A DNA stretch of 64,000 bases from Octopus bimaculoides. Taxonomy: Eukaryota. Positions 36,201 to 50,264 of the stretch are shown here, piece after piece. The stretch is from assembly GCF_001194135.2 (NCBI RefSeq), contig NC_069004.1, positions 14,878,851 through 14,942,850 on the forward strand, given 5' to 3'. Under the pieces are notes generated by a model, which ran no database searches, was not told the origin of the DNA, and was given only the letters and a program-made list of their open reading frames with translations. The position numbers and the translations under genes are program-made. How positions within the stretch are numbered: position 1 is the first letter of the stretch; each line of letters starts with the position of its first letter.

Positions 36201-37033
36201 CAGAAACTATCATTATCAATCATAGTAGCAGTGATAACATTGTTGTTGTTGGTGGTGGTGCTGGTGGTGGTGATGGTGGTGGTTGTGGTTTTGATGGTAA
36301 TGGCAGTTGTGGTATTATCTGGTTGACTGTGAAACCAAAAATCATTAAGAAATATCTTTGTCTGAGGGGGCTGCATTTCGAATTGATTAAATTTCATCGT
36401 ATTTTTCCTGTTTCTTTTCCACTGATGAAAAGCGCACTCGTAAGGTGGTACACCAACAACAACAACAACAATAACAACCCAACCAACCAACCACAACCAC
36501 AGCAACAACAACAACAACAACAATAATAATAATCAAGTTTAAGCTAATCAGCATAAATAAGATGTCTTTTCACGTAAGGAATTCTTTGTTTGAGAAATAA
36601 AACCCACCACTGTCACCACCACTACCACCAACAACAACAAATGGCATGCAATGGATAATTATAAATATATAAATTGTATTCTCTCCTGGCTTACTCCCAC
36701 TCCCAGTAAATTTTAATCCCCAAAAATGCTTTACAGAAACAGAAGAGAATGAGAAACAGTGAAATATAGAGGAAGATCGCAGAAATCATAGAAGCGTCTT
36801 TCTGCTGAATAAGATATCTGCGAAATGAGATAACACCCACGTTCTTTTGCAGTTTCTCCCAGAGTCTCTTGGTACTACTGTCAGTCCATAGACCAAAGAA
36901 TTTGCTAATGCTTTCGTTACAAATCAGACATTATTAATTTCCTCACTATTTAAGGTTGCATCCAATATATAATATACATATATATACACATACATACATA
37001 CATACATACATATATGTACACACACACATATAT

Positions 37034-37082
<49 letters not shown>

Positions 37083-38514
37083 NNNNNNNNNNNNNNNNNN
37101 NNNNNNNNNNNNNNNNNNNNNNNNNNNNNNNNNNNNNNNNNNNNNNNNNNNNNNNNNNNNNNNNNNNNNNNNNNNNNNNNNNNNNNNNNNNNNNNNNNNN
37201 NNNNNNNNNNNNNNNNNNNNNNNNNNNNNNNNNNNNNNNNNNNNNNNNNNNCCCCATCCTCCCCCCCCCACCACCACCACCATCATTTAGTCTTCTTAAT
37301 ATAATGTTAATCCAACAGCAGTATCTAAAGTAGTTAGTGTTATCATGACCATATTTCTGAGTGTTGCTAGTTGAAGTTCAATGCAATTCAAGGTAAATGC
37401 CCTCTGGAGAATTTCCCTAATTAAGAGAAAATTAAGAAAAAAAAATGCAACAATAGGAATGTAAGTAAATTCTACTAAAACTAATTAGGGTTTTATTTTC
37501 ATATTTCATCTGTATCCAATAAGAATTAGCCAGTAATAAGATTTATGTCCTTATATCACTATAATTATACCATTAAATTTGCTAATTGTGGCCTATTCAC
37601 AAATGCAATAATTAATGATTACAATTATTAATAATTGCATAATTGATAATTGTTAAGAAGCAATTAACCAAGAGAAGTTGTCTCAGTACGATTCAAAAAC
37701 ACCAAGGCAGCCTCTTAACTCTAACTGGAAGTTTTATATCAGAGAATTTAGTTATGTAGACTAATGGGGGATTTGTAATGTAGTAACATCTGCCATGTGT
37801 GGGGGAGAAATTTAGAAATTTCTTTTGAACAGGGAACAGGGTCAGTCATCCTCTTGTATAAAACAGCCTTCCTCAATGCTTCACCCTACTTCTGTTGAGG
37901 GGTCTTGTCTTACAAGTTACTTGGTGACCTCACTAGTACCAGCACCACATAAAAAGCACCCTGTATACTCTGTGAAGTAGTTGGCATTAGGAAGGGCATC
38001 CAGTCATAGACCATGTCAAAGCAGACATTAGAGCTTGGTGCAGTCTCTCTGGTTTGTCAGTTTGTGTTAAACTGTCCAACCCATGCCAGTATGGAAAACA
38101 AGAGTAGCCCATAACTATGCAGGGTATGGTCGTCACTTTGTAAGGTATTTTCAAAATGCCCATAAACCACTCCAATCCGCAGTAGACACTCATTCATGAA
38201 CTGCTTGAAAATGTGCCTCGTCACTAGGTACACAAATGGGTTGCACAGGATAGGACCCATAACATTTCAAGGGCATGTATGCACACAGAAGGCTTCGTAA
38301 AAGTTATAACATTCTAAACATACATACCCATTTTTAGTCTCTTTTGCCAAATCCTTCTATGAACAAGGAGTTAAAACACAGAGAAATGTACATGAGAATA
38401 AGAATTAATCTTGGAGCAAATCTGAAAAAAGTCATGGCTTCTCTCAAGGAATTTATTAAAAAGAACAAAAGAATGTTGTCCCAGACACACTATGTTTGAA
38501 AAGTGAACAGCTTC

Positions 38515-38885
38515 GTAGGCTCAGGCATGGCTGTGTAAGATGCTGGCTTCCCAACTACGTGGTTCTGGGTTCAGTCTCACTGTGTAGCACCGTAGGCAAG
38601 TGTCTTCTGCTTTAGCCCCGGGCTAACCAAATCCTTGTAAGTGAATTTGGTAGACAGAAACTAAAAGAAGTCTGTTTTGTGTGTGTGTGTCTTTGCCAGT
38701 GCCATGTAAAAAGCACCCAGTACCCTCTGTAATGTGTTTGGCATTAGGAAGGATATCTGGCTATGGAAACCATGTCAAAGCAGGCATGTAACACTTAGTG
38801 CAGTCCTCTGGCTTGTCAGCTTCTGTCAAAGTCTCCAATTCATGCCAGCATGGAAAGCAAACGTTAAATGATAATAATGATGTGG
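38515..38885 (+). mobile_element. Chimeric SINE: family A head + RTE-type tail
   Basis: Family A head/CORE-like region to 38690, then TGCCATGTAAAAAGCACCCAG...GCAAACGTTAAATGATAATAATGATG. Confidence 0.7.
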
Positions 38886-39959
38886 TGGTGGTGGTGGTGG
38901 GGTGAGTTGTAAGTACCCTTGTCATAGTATCATGTTATACTTGTAAATGAGTATCACCAGGCTGTTCATTTCCAGTCTTCATTGAGAAACAATGTCTGGT
39001 CAGGGAAAAAATTATCTTGCTTGGGAACAGCTGAGGGTTGGTGACAGGAAGGGGTATCCAGCCATAAAAAATTTGCCTCAGCAAATTCCATCTGACCCAT
39101 GCAAACATTGCTTTTGACAGTAATCTTAATGCTAAAGGGTTAATAACTGAGTTTCCCATTTTGAAATGAGATTTTAGGATCACCTCATCTCTTTGATGCA
39201 CACCAATCTATTTCTAACATACACATTATCTAGCATTGACTCAAAGCAATTTTTCCCCGTCACTTACTTCATCCATTTATATTTCCCCATCTATAATTCT
39301 TGCCCAGATCTTTCCTGTATACACCAGCCATTATCTTAAACATCCACTCACTTTCTGCATTCACTTGTTCACTTGTATTCAGCCTGTCTCTAATGTTAGA
39401 CATTGCATGTCCAACATGCTAAACCAAGCTCTTCTAATTCCTGTCCACAAACTGTTACATCTTCTGTGTAGGTTGCCTCTTACAATGCATGAATTATATT
39501 TCTTTCAAGGAAACTAGATTCTGTACAGCAGAAACTGTGACTCTTCCTCTCTCTCCCTCTCTCTCAGAATCTACACTATGGTAATGTACTCTCACCAAAA
39601 AGAGCAGAATATATACGGTACAGCAACAGTTGTAATCATGCCCTCCCTACAAAGGATTGCATGCTTCCTTTGTTCATGTTTTTCTGATAATTTTTAATAA
39701 ATATTTTATTATCGTTGCATCTGTTAACTAGAAGGAAGAAGAAAGAGAAAGAAGAACAATAACATTTCTGTGATATTTCCAAATTTATACCATTTGAGAG
39801 AGTAAAACTATAAATTCCTCACCATTTTCGCAGTTTACAAAAACACATCAGTTGGCAGAAATTAACAGAACAAAGCTGTTAAAACTTAGCTTTAAGCTGT
39901 ATGTATGGATGTGTGTATACATATGTCCATAGGTATGTATGACAACAACCATCCCCAAA

Positions 39960-39966
39960 TATAACA

Positions 39967-40023
<57 letters not shown>

Positions 40024-40077
40024 CATATGTGTGTGTATATACATATATATATATGTATATACATATATATATATATG

Positions 40078-40170
<93 letters not shown>

Positions 40171-40330
40171 TATACACATACACTTATACACACACAGACA
40201 CACACGCACACACACACACATATATATATATACACACAAACATATATATATATGCGTGCACACACACACACGTTTGTGTGTTGTATTTCTATATGTCTGT
40301 ATGTACACGAGTGTGTGTGTATATGTGCTG
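39960..40330. repeat. Compound (TG)n/(TA)n/(CA)n microsatellite
   Basis: Direct reading. Confidence 0.9.
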
Positions 40331-41107
40331 TGTGTACATATATAGATATAATAAAAATATGTACAGATAGAGTAGGGGAAATATGTATAAATGTATGTTT
40401 GTTTATTCAATGTATTTTGAATAATTTAAATTGTAAAAGCCAGCATATCTCACTCTCTTATAAATTGATGGCTACACATTTCCAGTCAATAAGTTAGACT
40501 ATATCTGCTTTTATTTAGCAATACTTTGGTGTTTTCTATACTGAAAATGTCTTTAAGAAATTTATTTATTTATTATCTATCTTCATTTTTTTTTTCTTTC
40601 ATTTTTTTTTTGTCATTTTTCTTCTATATTTTGTTGTTGCTGTTGATCTGTCTTTGTTGATTTTTTTTTTATCTTTTTTTTCTTTTTTCAAACATTTCCA
40701 TTCTGAAACCTAAAAGATGATTGCTTGCTCTGCTATATATTTCCAGTATTTAATTTTTAATTTTTCTCCAGCATCAAATTTCTTCCTATCTTGATATTGA
40801 CTTAGAATCTCTTTGTACATTCTACTTTGTTTTGGCCACACACACACACAAACACACATAGAGATCTGTATTTGCTTCAGATTTTTTTCTGTTCTTCAGA
40901 TGTCTTTCTTCTTTCTTTCTTTCTTTCTTTCTTTCTTTCACCATTCCTACATGATTTGCTTCTTCATTGAACCAATGAAATTGGATCTAGATATCAGGTT
41001 TCTTTCAGGAAATCTTTCACTCTCAGAGAACATTGGTAGTTTTGATAATAATACATACATATGTCTGTAAGTAGTGTACGAGGAAATGGTGAAGAAATTC
41101 AGGTCAT

Positions 41108-41170
<63 letters not shown>

Positions 41171-41218
41171 NNNNNNNNNNNNNNNNNNNNNNNNNNNNNN
41201 NNNNNNNNNNNNNNNNNN

Positions 41219-41271
<53 letters not shown>

Positions 41272-41349
41272 GGAAAAAATCTGGTCTGTATTGTTATAAA
41301 TGTGTGATATTCTTTTCATTAATGTTGCTGAAATAATAATAATAATAAT

Positions 41350-41590
41350 GACAATAACGATTTGGGTCCCATACCAAATGGTGCTCATAAACACTACATC
41401 CAGATATCAGGAAACCCAAAAGCATCAGACCTGCCCACATCATAAGAAAATCTTTGCCAACCTGAAAATATCTGATTCTCTTAAAACTCTTTCAAAACTG
41501 AAATATTGCAAATTTAACAGAATCTTAGTTCTCAGATTCTGGTCTCCTTTCTTAACGATGTCTCATTGCTAATCATAAATAACAGCCATA
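41350..41590 (+). mobile_element. Decayed 3' fragment of another Dong/R4 lineage, preceded by (TAA)n
   Basis: DLGPIPNGAHKHYIQISGNPK and, in a shifted frame, PAHIIRKSLPT*, equivalent to the ALG..KG..IPG / GTAHILRK.LS C-terminus. Confidence 0.55.
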
Positions 41591-41819
41591 GTAAAACATC
41601 CAATTTGCTGTTACTTGATGTCTTTGAGTAAGGCTTAAAAAGGTTTGTGTAGAACAAAACAACAACAATGTAAGTAAATAAATAAATAAATAAATAGGCG
41701 CAGGAGTGGCTGTGTGGTAAGTAGCTTGCTTACCAACCACATGGTTCCAGGTTCAGTCCCACTGCGTGACACTTTGGGCAAGTGTCTTGGATCTTCCCAT
41801 GGCTCTTTGCATTCATAAT

Positions 41820-42440
41820 TAATCAATGTTCTTCCCTCTTCATTTAGCCCATGTCTCATTTATGTATAAAAGCGCAAGTAGAGCAGCGCTGTTGAGGAGA
41901 CTGGCATGCAGGGTCTTGCTCAGCTTTGCTTCGAGCACATCTTTTATTGAAATAAATGCCCTCCATCCTGCCCTTATTCTCTTCAAGATTTCAGCACATA
42001 TTCACTACATGCCCCACATGGACATACTCCTTTACCACCTTAATTTCATTGCTTCTCACCTCTATTTGGCTTTGCACTACATTTTTGGACCAGATACATT
42101 TTGTTTGCATGCTATTCAATGAGACTAGCTGTGTATAACATCTGATAATCAGGTCAGTACAGTAATACAGTGATATATTATATCTTATATATATTATATT
42201 ACCTGGATCACCTGGATTGGCTGATCTGTCTGGTGCCGAGTCGGCTCTACTGGCTGCAGTATTTGCTCCATTCCCCTCATGATCTTGCCATTCTCCTCCA
42301 CATTGTTTCAAACATGGGTCATCATGTAGCAAGGTTCACAGACAATCAATGGACCCATGCAGTTGCCGAGTGGTACTCACGTGAACGGAAGAGACCACTC
42401 GGAAGACCTCTAGTTTGGTGGAAAGATGATTTAAGAAAGG
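41820..42440. mobile_element. RTE-clade LINE with inverted 5' part: minus 41820-42310, plus 42311-42440
   Basis: Minus: KEYVHVGHVVNM...RIRAGWRAFISIKDVLEAKL...LLYINETWA; plus: GHHVARFTDNQWTHAVAEWYSRERKRPLGRP..WKDDL. Confidence 0.65.
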
Positions 42441-42802
42441 TGTATAGAACATTATATATGAATTGTATTATATGTAGTCTATATTATATACATAATATGC
42501 ACAATGCATAATATGTGTGTGTGTGTGTGTATGTATGTATGCATGTATGTATTATTTATTGTTTAATGTACACAGTATATAGTTATAAGCTACTAATAGT
42601 TTCATATATTGATGATATCATCTAGACATGTTTTAAAACCTGCCTAGATTAGATCTTCAATGAATGAAACTATTAGTAGTTCATAACTAAGTACTGTGTA
42701 TATTAAACAATATTTATCTCTCACCAGATGGAGTACTTTTTTTGTTGATCTTACCTTAACGCAAAAGTAAATTATGTATTATGTATATATTATTCTTTAA
42801 CA

Positions 42803-43190
42803 AGACGCAGGAGTGGCTGTTGGGTAAGTAACTTGCTTACCAACCACATGGTTCTGGGTTCAGTCCCACTGCGTGACACCTTGGGCAAGGGCCGAACAAA
42901 GCCTTGTGAGTGGATTTGGTAGATGGAAACTGAAAGAAGCCCATCGTATATATGTAAATATATATATATATGTATGTGTGTATATGTTTGTGTGTCTGTG
43001 TTTGTCCCCCCAACATCGCTTGACAACCAATGCTGGTGTGTTTACATCCCCATAACTTAGCGGTTCGGCAAAAGAGACCGATAGAATAAGTACTAGGCTT
43101 CCAAAGAATAAGTCCTGGGGTCAATTTGCTCGACTAAAGGTGGTGCCCCAGCATGGCCGCAGTCAAATGACTGAAACGAGTAAAAGTGTA
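42803..43190 (+). mobile_element. SINE family A, near full length
   Basis: Close match to the 10163 and 48168 copies. Confidence 0.85.
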
Positions 43191-43419
43191 AGACTAGTGC
43201 TAACAGTGATTTCAAATCTTTGGCCTGCTGAGCCATCATTGGACAGTCCAGTGAAGGCTTAGCAGGCTAAAGCTTCGAAATTACTGTCAACATTATTCTT
43301 GTTAATGAATAATAAATATATACTCTACAAAAAGTATTGATTAGTAAATACTTCAATTTTGATGTAAAATTGTTTTTGTTATAACTTAACATAAAAAAAT
43401 ATTGATGTAATATATTATA

Positions 43420-43645
43420 CAAGGTGTCCATAAATTACCTTTACAATTTGAAAAATTCAGGAAAAATTTAAAATAATGGATAACTCAGCAGAGTTTATTG
43501 GAAAATGTAGACAAACAAATACAATTTTATTGGAAACATCAGAACACTTCCAAGTGGGCACTATTGGTTGCAGAGAAGTTGATTGATGGATCTCAACTTT
43601 AATAAATACAATTCTGAAAGTTGTAAAGATAATTTATGAACACCC

Positions 43646-43647
<2 letters not shown>
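43420..43647. mobile_element. Tc1/mariner-type MITE (~228 bp), TA-flanked
   Basis: TA-CAAGGTGTCCATAAATTACCTTTACAA ... TTGTAAAGATAATTTATGAACACCCT; second partial copy at 56398-56495. Confidence 0.75.
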
Positions 43648-43678
<31 letters not shown>

Positions 43679-44494
43679 CATATGTTAATATCAAACAGTG
43701 AGAATTAGTGAATAAATATTCTTTATTTGTGGGTTAACCAAGCTATCAATTATTGCATGGAATATTGATGTTTGTCTTGAAGTGTGTGTGTGTGTGTATA
43801 TATATATAATGTGGGTGTGTATGTATACACATATAATAATTTTTAATATGTATCATTTGTTTATTTTCCAGACTCCTAATTCCATGAGACACAGGATGGA
43901 AACCCTCATCATGAGAATTCAGGTATTTTATTTGACATCAACTTTCCCTCCTAAATAAAACATTTAAAAGAAAGTCAATAAATGTAGCAACCTAGTAGCA
44001 CCAAACAAGCTAGAACAAACCAATCTCTAAGTTTCTTTTACCTAAGTTACAGTCAAAGCTGGTTTGATCCCACTGTGTGACACCTAAACAAAGTGCCATA
44101 TAGCTGGTTGGCTATTGCCATTCAAGTGAAATTTTGTGGACAGAAGTTGCAGACATCTCAAAAGTAAATAAACACCATCATTTTTGAAAGATTTATTTCT
44201 AGAAACAAGATAATATCATTTGGTGCATTTAAATACTTCATCTAGTTAAAATAGAGCAGTTTTGGTGAAGCATTGTGTGATGTTATGTTAAAGAGATTTG
44301 TTGGGTAAGGCCAAAACAGTGTGAGAAAATATAAAGTAAACTACACAAAAAAAAAAAAAAGANNNNNNNNNNCTTTCTTCAGGACATGTGGAAAAGTAAA
44401 GGATGGAAAAAGGTCATTTCTCAGATGTGTGTGGAATGATGGTGACATGCATCAACTATGTTGTTATAGCAGCCAGTCTGCATGTCACCATATG

Positions 44495-44534
<40 letters not shown>

Positions 44535-44542
<8 letters not shown>

Positions 44543-45560
44543 TTTAACATACATTTTCCATGCTGGCATGGGTTGGATGGTTTGACAGGAGCTGGCCAGT
44601 CAGAGAGATGTCCAGGCTCCAATTGTCTGTTTTTTGGGGCATGGTTTCTACAGCTGGACACCCTTCCTAATACCAACCACTTTACAGAGTGTACCAGGTG
44701 CTTTTAATATGGAACCAACATGGGTACTTTTTATTTGATACCAGTGCCTGCAAGACAAGGACATATCAACTGAGAGAGAGAGTGGGTGGCCATGATTTTA
44801 CTTAGTTTGACATGTCTTCTCAAGCACACCAAACCAGCAGAAGTCTTGATCCATTGTCATCTCTTATGTGAAGCCCATCGTCTGAAGATCCTTTCGCACC
44901 ACTTCATTCCATGTCTTCTTGGGTCTACCTATTCCATAGGTTCCTTCCCACAATTAGAGATTAGCACTTCTTGGTGCAGCTGTCCTCATCCATATGCATC
45001 ACATGACCATGCCAGTACAGTTTTCTGTCTTGCACACTACAGTTGAAGCCTCTTATACCCAATTTTTCTCTTAAATCCTTTGCGCTCTGTTGTACATGCA
45101 CACTGACATTACCCATCCAGTGGAGTATGCTGATTTCATTTCTTTCAAACCTTCACATATCCTCTGTAGTCATAGCCCTTGTAGCATAGTTGTATGTACA
45201 CAAGCATCATACAATCTGCCTTTCACTCTGAGAGAGAGGCCTTTTGTTCCCACTCTGTTCTTATTCTAGCCACTATGTTTATTGTACCTGCACATCTGCC
45301 ACACACAAAGACTACTTTCTCTGTTAACCTTCTCACAATACTGCTGCACCTCTTATGTGTCCATAGCTTGTACTGGGTACACCCTATGGAGTTACCAACA
45401 CATTTCCTACGTATCATGCTGGGCCATCCACCTGAAGGAACTTGTGATTTGTCTATTTTCCGACTTACTAGAACTTTGGTCTTAGCTAAATTAACTCTAA
45501 GACCTTTACATTCCAGACCTTACTTCCACACCTGAAATTTCCTCTCTAGTTTAGGTATGG
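44535..45560 (-). mobile_element. RTE-clade LINE 3' part with Cys-rich (PHD-like) insert, plus adjacent tail
   Basis: GLECKGLRVNLAKTKVLVSRK...NSIGCTQYKLWTHKRCSSIVRRLTEKVVFVCGRCAG. Confidence 0.8.
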
Positions 45561-45599
45561 TCATCAGCGTTGAGGTTCTCTAAGAGCAATGAGCTAGGT

Positions 45600-46100
45600 A
45601 GTCACTAATGACACTATATGTAGATGAATGGCACATGAGCTCTGTACAAACTTTGCCCACGGTCCAATAAGTAAAGTGAATCAACACTGATTTCAACAAC
45701 AAATTTAGTGTGAAGGTGGGTGTCCATCAAGGCTCAGTTGTCAGCCCTCTCCTATTCATTATAGCTCTGCAGGCTATCACTGAGTTTAAAACTGACTGGT
45801 GATGAGAACTCTTATGTGCTGATGACCTAGTTTGAATCTTTAATGGAATTGGAGAAGAAATTCTAGGCATGGTAGCAAAACTTTGTATCAAGAAGCCTCA
45901 AGACAAAAATAGCAGAGTTAGTTGTTAGTAAGTAGGATAGAAGATAAGACGTCTGTATCTTCAGAGAAATGCTTATTATGCAGAAAAGAAGCATATACAA
46001 AATACATTTGCTGTACTCAGTCTATGATAAGGATACACAAGACATGTAGAATCATAGGCAGAATAATAGAAAAAATAGGCTTTCTATTTTGAAAATGCAC
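45600..46100 (+). mobile_element. Decayed RTE RT-core fragment
   Basis: KVGVHQGSVVSPLLFIIALQAIT...ELLCADDLV. Confidence 0.8.
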
Positions 46101-46139
46101 TAAATTAATACATTCTTCTTCTCCTCCTCCTCCACCACC

Positions 46140-46440
46140 ACTGCTGTACAGTGTACATATATACATACATCATCCTTGTACATGTTCAATCCACTGTTGG
46201 ACGAATACCTCAGTATGTTCTCTCCATCAATCAGTTTGATGTTTTGCTCATCCATGTTTGGGTGCTGAAGAACTTAACAAAGTCTTCATTCCAACTTCTG
46301 CCATGGTCTTCCCCTCCTTTTTCCTGGATGTTGTGTCCACTTTGTCAACTTGCTATTCCATCTATTATCATTTCTTCAAACACATGTCCCATGCTGTGCA
46401 TGAATGCCAAAGTATTAATTGGCATGTGATGTGTAGATAA
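46140..46440 (-). mobile_element. RTE 3' coding end
   Basis: GHV.RRNDNRWNSKLTKW...KRRGRP on the minus strand. Confidence 0.6.
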
Positions 46441-46669
46441 TCTTGTTGCTAGTTGTTCAGTTAAGTTCACATTCGTTAATGCTTTTGTTATTAGTTTGAT
46501 GAAGGAACTTTGATCTGAAAGCACTAACAAATGTGAACTTAACCAAACAACCAGCAACAAAGCTATCCATTCATCACATGCCACGTTGCCTCAGATACAC
46601 CAGCACATTTGCCAAAGTATTAATGAGCAGTGAGAGAAAATCTAGGTATAAAAGGAATTAGGTACTGCT

Positions 46670-46900
46670 TACAAATGAGGAAGCTACACTAGTATGGGCA
46701 TGTGATAATCAAGAAGGATGACTAATGTATGCAGAAGTGCTGAGCCCTCCAAGTTAATGAAACCTTCAGGAAGGGGAAAGACCAGGGAAGACTTTGGAGG
46801 AAGTGTTGTAGGCTGATCTGAAGCTGCTACTCTTCATGGGGAAGATAACAAATGATGGTACCAACTGGTGATACACAGAGCTACAGAAGATCCATTTACC
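46670..46900 (+). mobile_element. RTE 3' coding end
   Basis: YGHV...GRGRPGKT..EV..ADLK. Confidence 0.6.
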
Positions 46901-48167
46901 CGACTGGTAAAATGTACCCTGACGCAAGGGTTTGATTTAGAAGCTATATTTTGCACCCTGTCAAGCAAAAATAAAGAGTAGTTAAGATTAACTACTCTTG
47001 GCATTTACTGTATACAGGCAGCCTTCCTACTGTTCACACTGTATTCAGTTAATGAGCAGAGGTAATATAAGGTCTAGTTCAGGTGTTGCCAAGAACTATT
47101 CAACTTCTCTTCTAGTACATTCTGTGAAATAGTTGAGGTGTATGAAGAAAGCAAGCCAAATAACATGTTCAAGCATCAGTGTATGGGAGCAATGACTCCC
47201 AATAAGAATTGACTTAGAATATAATGACTCCTCCAACCCATGCCAGTATGGTAAGTGAATGTAAAACAATGATGGTGACTTAATTATAGCTGAAACTTCA
47301 CTGTTATATCTCTGAACATTTCTCAGTTGGTCAGTCATTATATAACACTTTAAAATATGTACACATAATTCATGTTATCGCTGAAATTATATTTCTTTCT
47401 TTCATCTTTTATTTGTTTCATTCATTGGACTATAGACATACTGGAGCACCTCCTTGGAGGAATTAGTCAAACAATTTAATCCCAGTACTTATTCTCTTTT
47501 GCTTTTTTAAGCCTGGTATTAATTTTATCGGTCTTTTTATGCCAAACCACTAAGTTACAGGAACATGAACAAACATGTATTGTAAAGTTCCTGGCTTTGG
47601 GTAAAAGAAAATACAAGAGGATCAGTTAATTATGATTTTATCTGATATATTACCACCTGAGATTCACACACTACAGTGGTCCTTCAGTTTTTCTAAGCCC
47701 TGTAAAAATCTCAGATGGTTGAGCTTCCAGCCAGGCCTTTCACATTACTTTTAAAGCCAGGAACTTTTCAGTACCCTCTCGTATACATATATATACTTTT
47801 ATATACACATATATATACTTACATATGTATGTGACAGCTTTTTTCAAATCTACTCACAAGGCTTTGGTTGACCTGGAGCTATAGTAGAAGACACTTGCCC
47901 AAGGAAGCCACACAGTACGACTGCACCTGAAACTATGTTGTTGATAAGAAAGCTTCTTATTACACAGTCATGCTTCCACCTATAAAAAGTTTTGAAATAT
48001 TTGCAAAGAAATTTGCAGTTTATTTGCCAACATCATATTTATAGGAAACAAAATCAAATATTACAAAATATAGGCAAGAATTCAAACCATCAACCTGCAT
48101 CTTCATAAATATAGGGGAAAATATACTCAAACATTCAGTTACCTCTAATTTCATTCAAATGTATTAT

Positions 48168-48560
48168 CAGGAGTGGTTGTGTGGTAAGTAGCTTGCTTAC
48201 CAACCACATGGTCCCGGGTTCAGTCCCACTGTGTGGCACCTTGGGCAAGTATCTTCTATTATAGCCTTGGGCCGACCAAAGCCTTGTGAGTGGATTTGGT
48301 AGACGGAAACTAGAAGCCCGTCATATATGTGTATATATGTATATGTGTGTATAGATTTGTGTGTCTGTGTTTGTCCCCTGCAACATCGCTTGACAACCGA
48401 TGCTGGTGTGTTTACATCCCCGTAACTTAGCGGTTCAGCAAAAAAAGATCAATAGAATAAATACTAGGCTTACAAAGAATAAGCTCTGGGGTCAATTTGC
48501 TTGACTAAAGGCGGTGCTCCAGCATGGCCACAGTCAAATGACTGAAACAAATAATAGAGT
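48168..48560 (+). mobile_element. SINE family A
   Basis: Head, internal (TA/TG)n and tail. Confidence 0.85.
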
Positions 48561-49517
48561 AATAGGGTGTATAAATCCTGATGCATATTCTTGAAATGGT
48601 AAATTCTTAATAATCTTGGTTATTGCGCAACAGTGTCTCCCATAAATAAAGCAAATATTCTAGTTGAAGTTTGACCAACTTATGAATGCTTTCAGAACTC
48701 TTATCAGAGGAGCAGACACCACTTTGTCAATATATATTTGGGAATTCAAGAACAATTTTGATATCAAATGGAAAATTGGGGACCGTGTAAATATCTATAA
48801 CTGAAACACTAATTTTTTGTAATTTATATATCTCAGAAAAGTAGACTATTTCATTCCATAATGAAAATTTTACTCAATTGAAATTCTGAATTAATTTCAT
48901 TTTGCAGACACAAAACATCATTTCTGTGAAAGAATTACCCCCAACCCTACACATACCTCAAATCATATATTATTAATTATTTGCTAGTATCCATTAGAGT
49001 TAATTCCTATGTTTCATTCACCAAATATTTACATGTTAATAATATCTCTATTTAATTTTATATTTATAATTTAACAATTATCATTTACATAGCTTTTCTC
49101 CATCAAGATCTTATATAATTGTTCTAAAACTTTATTTCTCTTTCCTCTCTTCTTTTCTACTTCTAACTCACTTTTAAATATACCATTCTGTAAGTTTTCT
49201 TTAAAAATAGCATATTATATAAAAGAGCCATTTTACCATTTTTATTTCTCTATTTTCTCTTTCATTTTTACTTTTCTTTCTTTTACTTCATTTTTCAATT
49301 ACACACGCACAGATGCATACACATATTCTCACACATGCAAACAGACACATATTTCTCATTTCCACTGTAATCACATGTAAGCATCACTGATAGTTCTATT
49401 GAGTCCCATCAACCAATCAAATTACGAATTTATTTTGAAACCACCATCATCGTTATTTAACATCTACCTGAAAACACCTATGTCTAATCACATGTGTTCG
49501 TTGTTAGCACATTATAA

Positions 49518-49838
49518 AGGCACATGGCTTAGTGGTTAGAGTATTCGGCTCATGATTGTAAGACTGTAAGTTTGATTCCCAGTGTTGTGGTGTGTCCTTG
49601 AGCAAGACATTTTGCTTCATGTTACTCCAGTCCACTCAGCTAGCAAAAACAAGTTGTACCTGTATTTCAAAGGGCCAGCCCTGTCACATCCTGTGTCATG
49701 CTGAATCTCCCTGAGAACTACCTTAAGGTTACACGTGTCTGTGGAGTGTTCAGCTACTTGCACATCAATTTCATGAGCAGGGTGTTCTATTGATTGGATC
49801 AACTGGAACCCTCCTTGTCATAACTGACAGGGTTCCAA
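49518..49838 (+). mobile_element. SINE family D
   Basis: A-box TGGCTTAGTGG, B-box-like GTTTGATTCCC, GTGTCCTTGAGCAAGAC body, family C tail. Confidence 0.75.
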
Positions 49839-50264
49839 TTAGCCCATTATTATTAGATGAACTGAGATAAATTTCAGCTTCAATTAAATATTGTTACTCA
49901 CTCTACTTTTTGCATTGAGAACTCTTTGTCATGTTTGCATGCACAGATGTCTGTTCACTCCTTTATCATCATCATCTTCATCATCATCATTTAACATCCG
50001 TCTTCCATGGGTGAGATGGTTTCACAATAGCCAGCTAGGCTGAAGCCTGCACCACACTTTTGTGACTTTTTTTGGCAGGATTTTCACTGCTGGATGCCCT
50101 TCCTAACACTAACCACTCAGCAGAGTGGACTTAGTGCTTTTTTTTTTTTTTGTGGCACAAGCACAGGCAAGGTCAGTTTTGGCAAGGATTTTACAGCTGG
50201 ATGCCCTTTTGAATAAATAGAATCTGTGCAAAGCCTATCATGTGTGTGTGTGTATTTATCTGTT

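Noticed and set aside
36690-36940. CpG-containing unique stretch with CLICNES motif reminiscent of a hAT BED finger
   Set aside because: Downstream His residues and other transposase motifs are absent
41009-41066. Plus-strand candidate exons with good splice sites (also near 14378, 16204, 39510, 50830)
   Set aside because: No recognisable protein and no consistent chain; such matches are expected by chance in 64 kb
44780-46100. Second twin-priming inversion
   Set aside because: The two opposite fragments overlap by about 300 nt of homologous sequence and differ in decay; independent insertions are more likely
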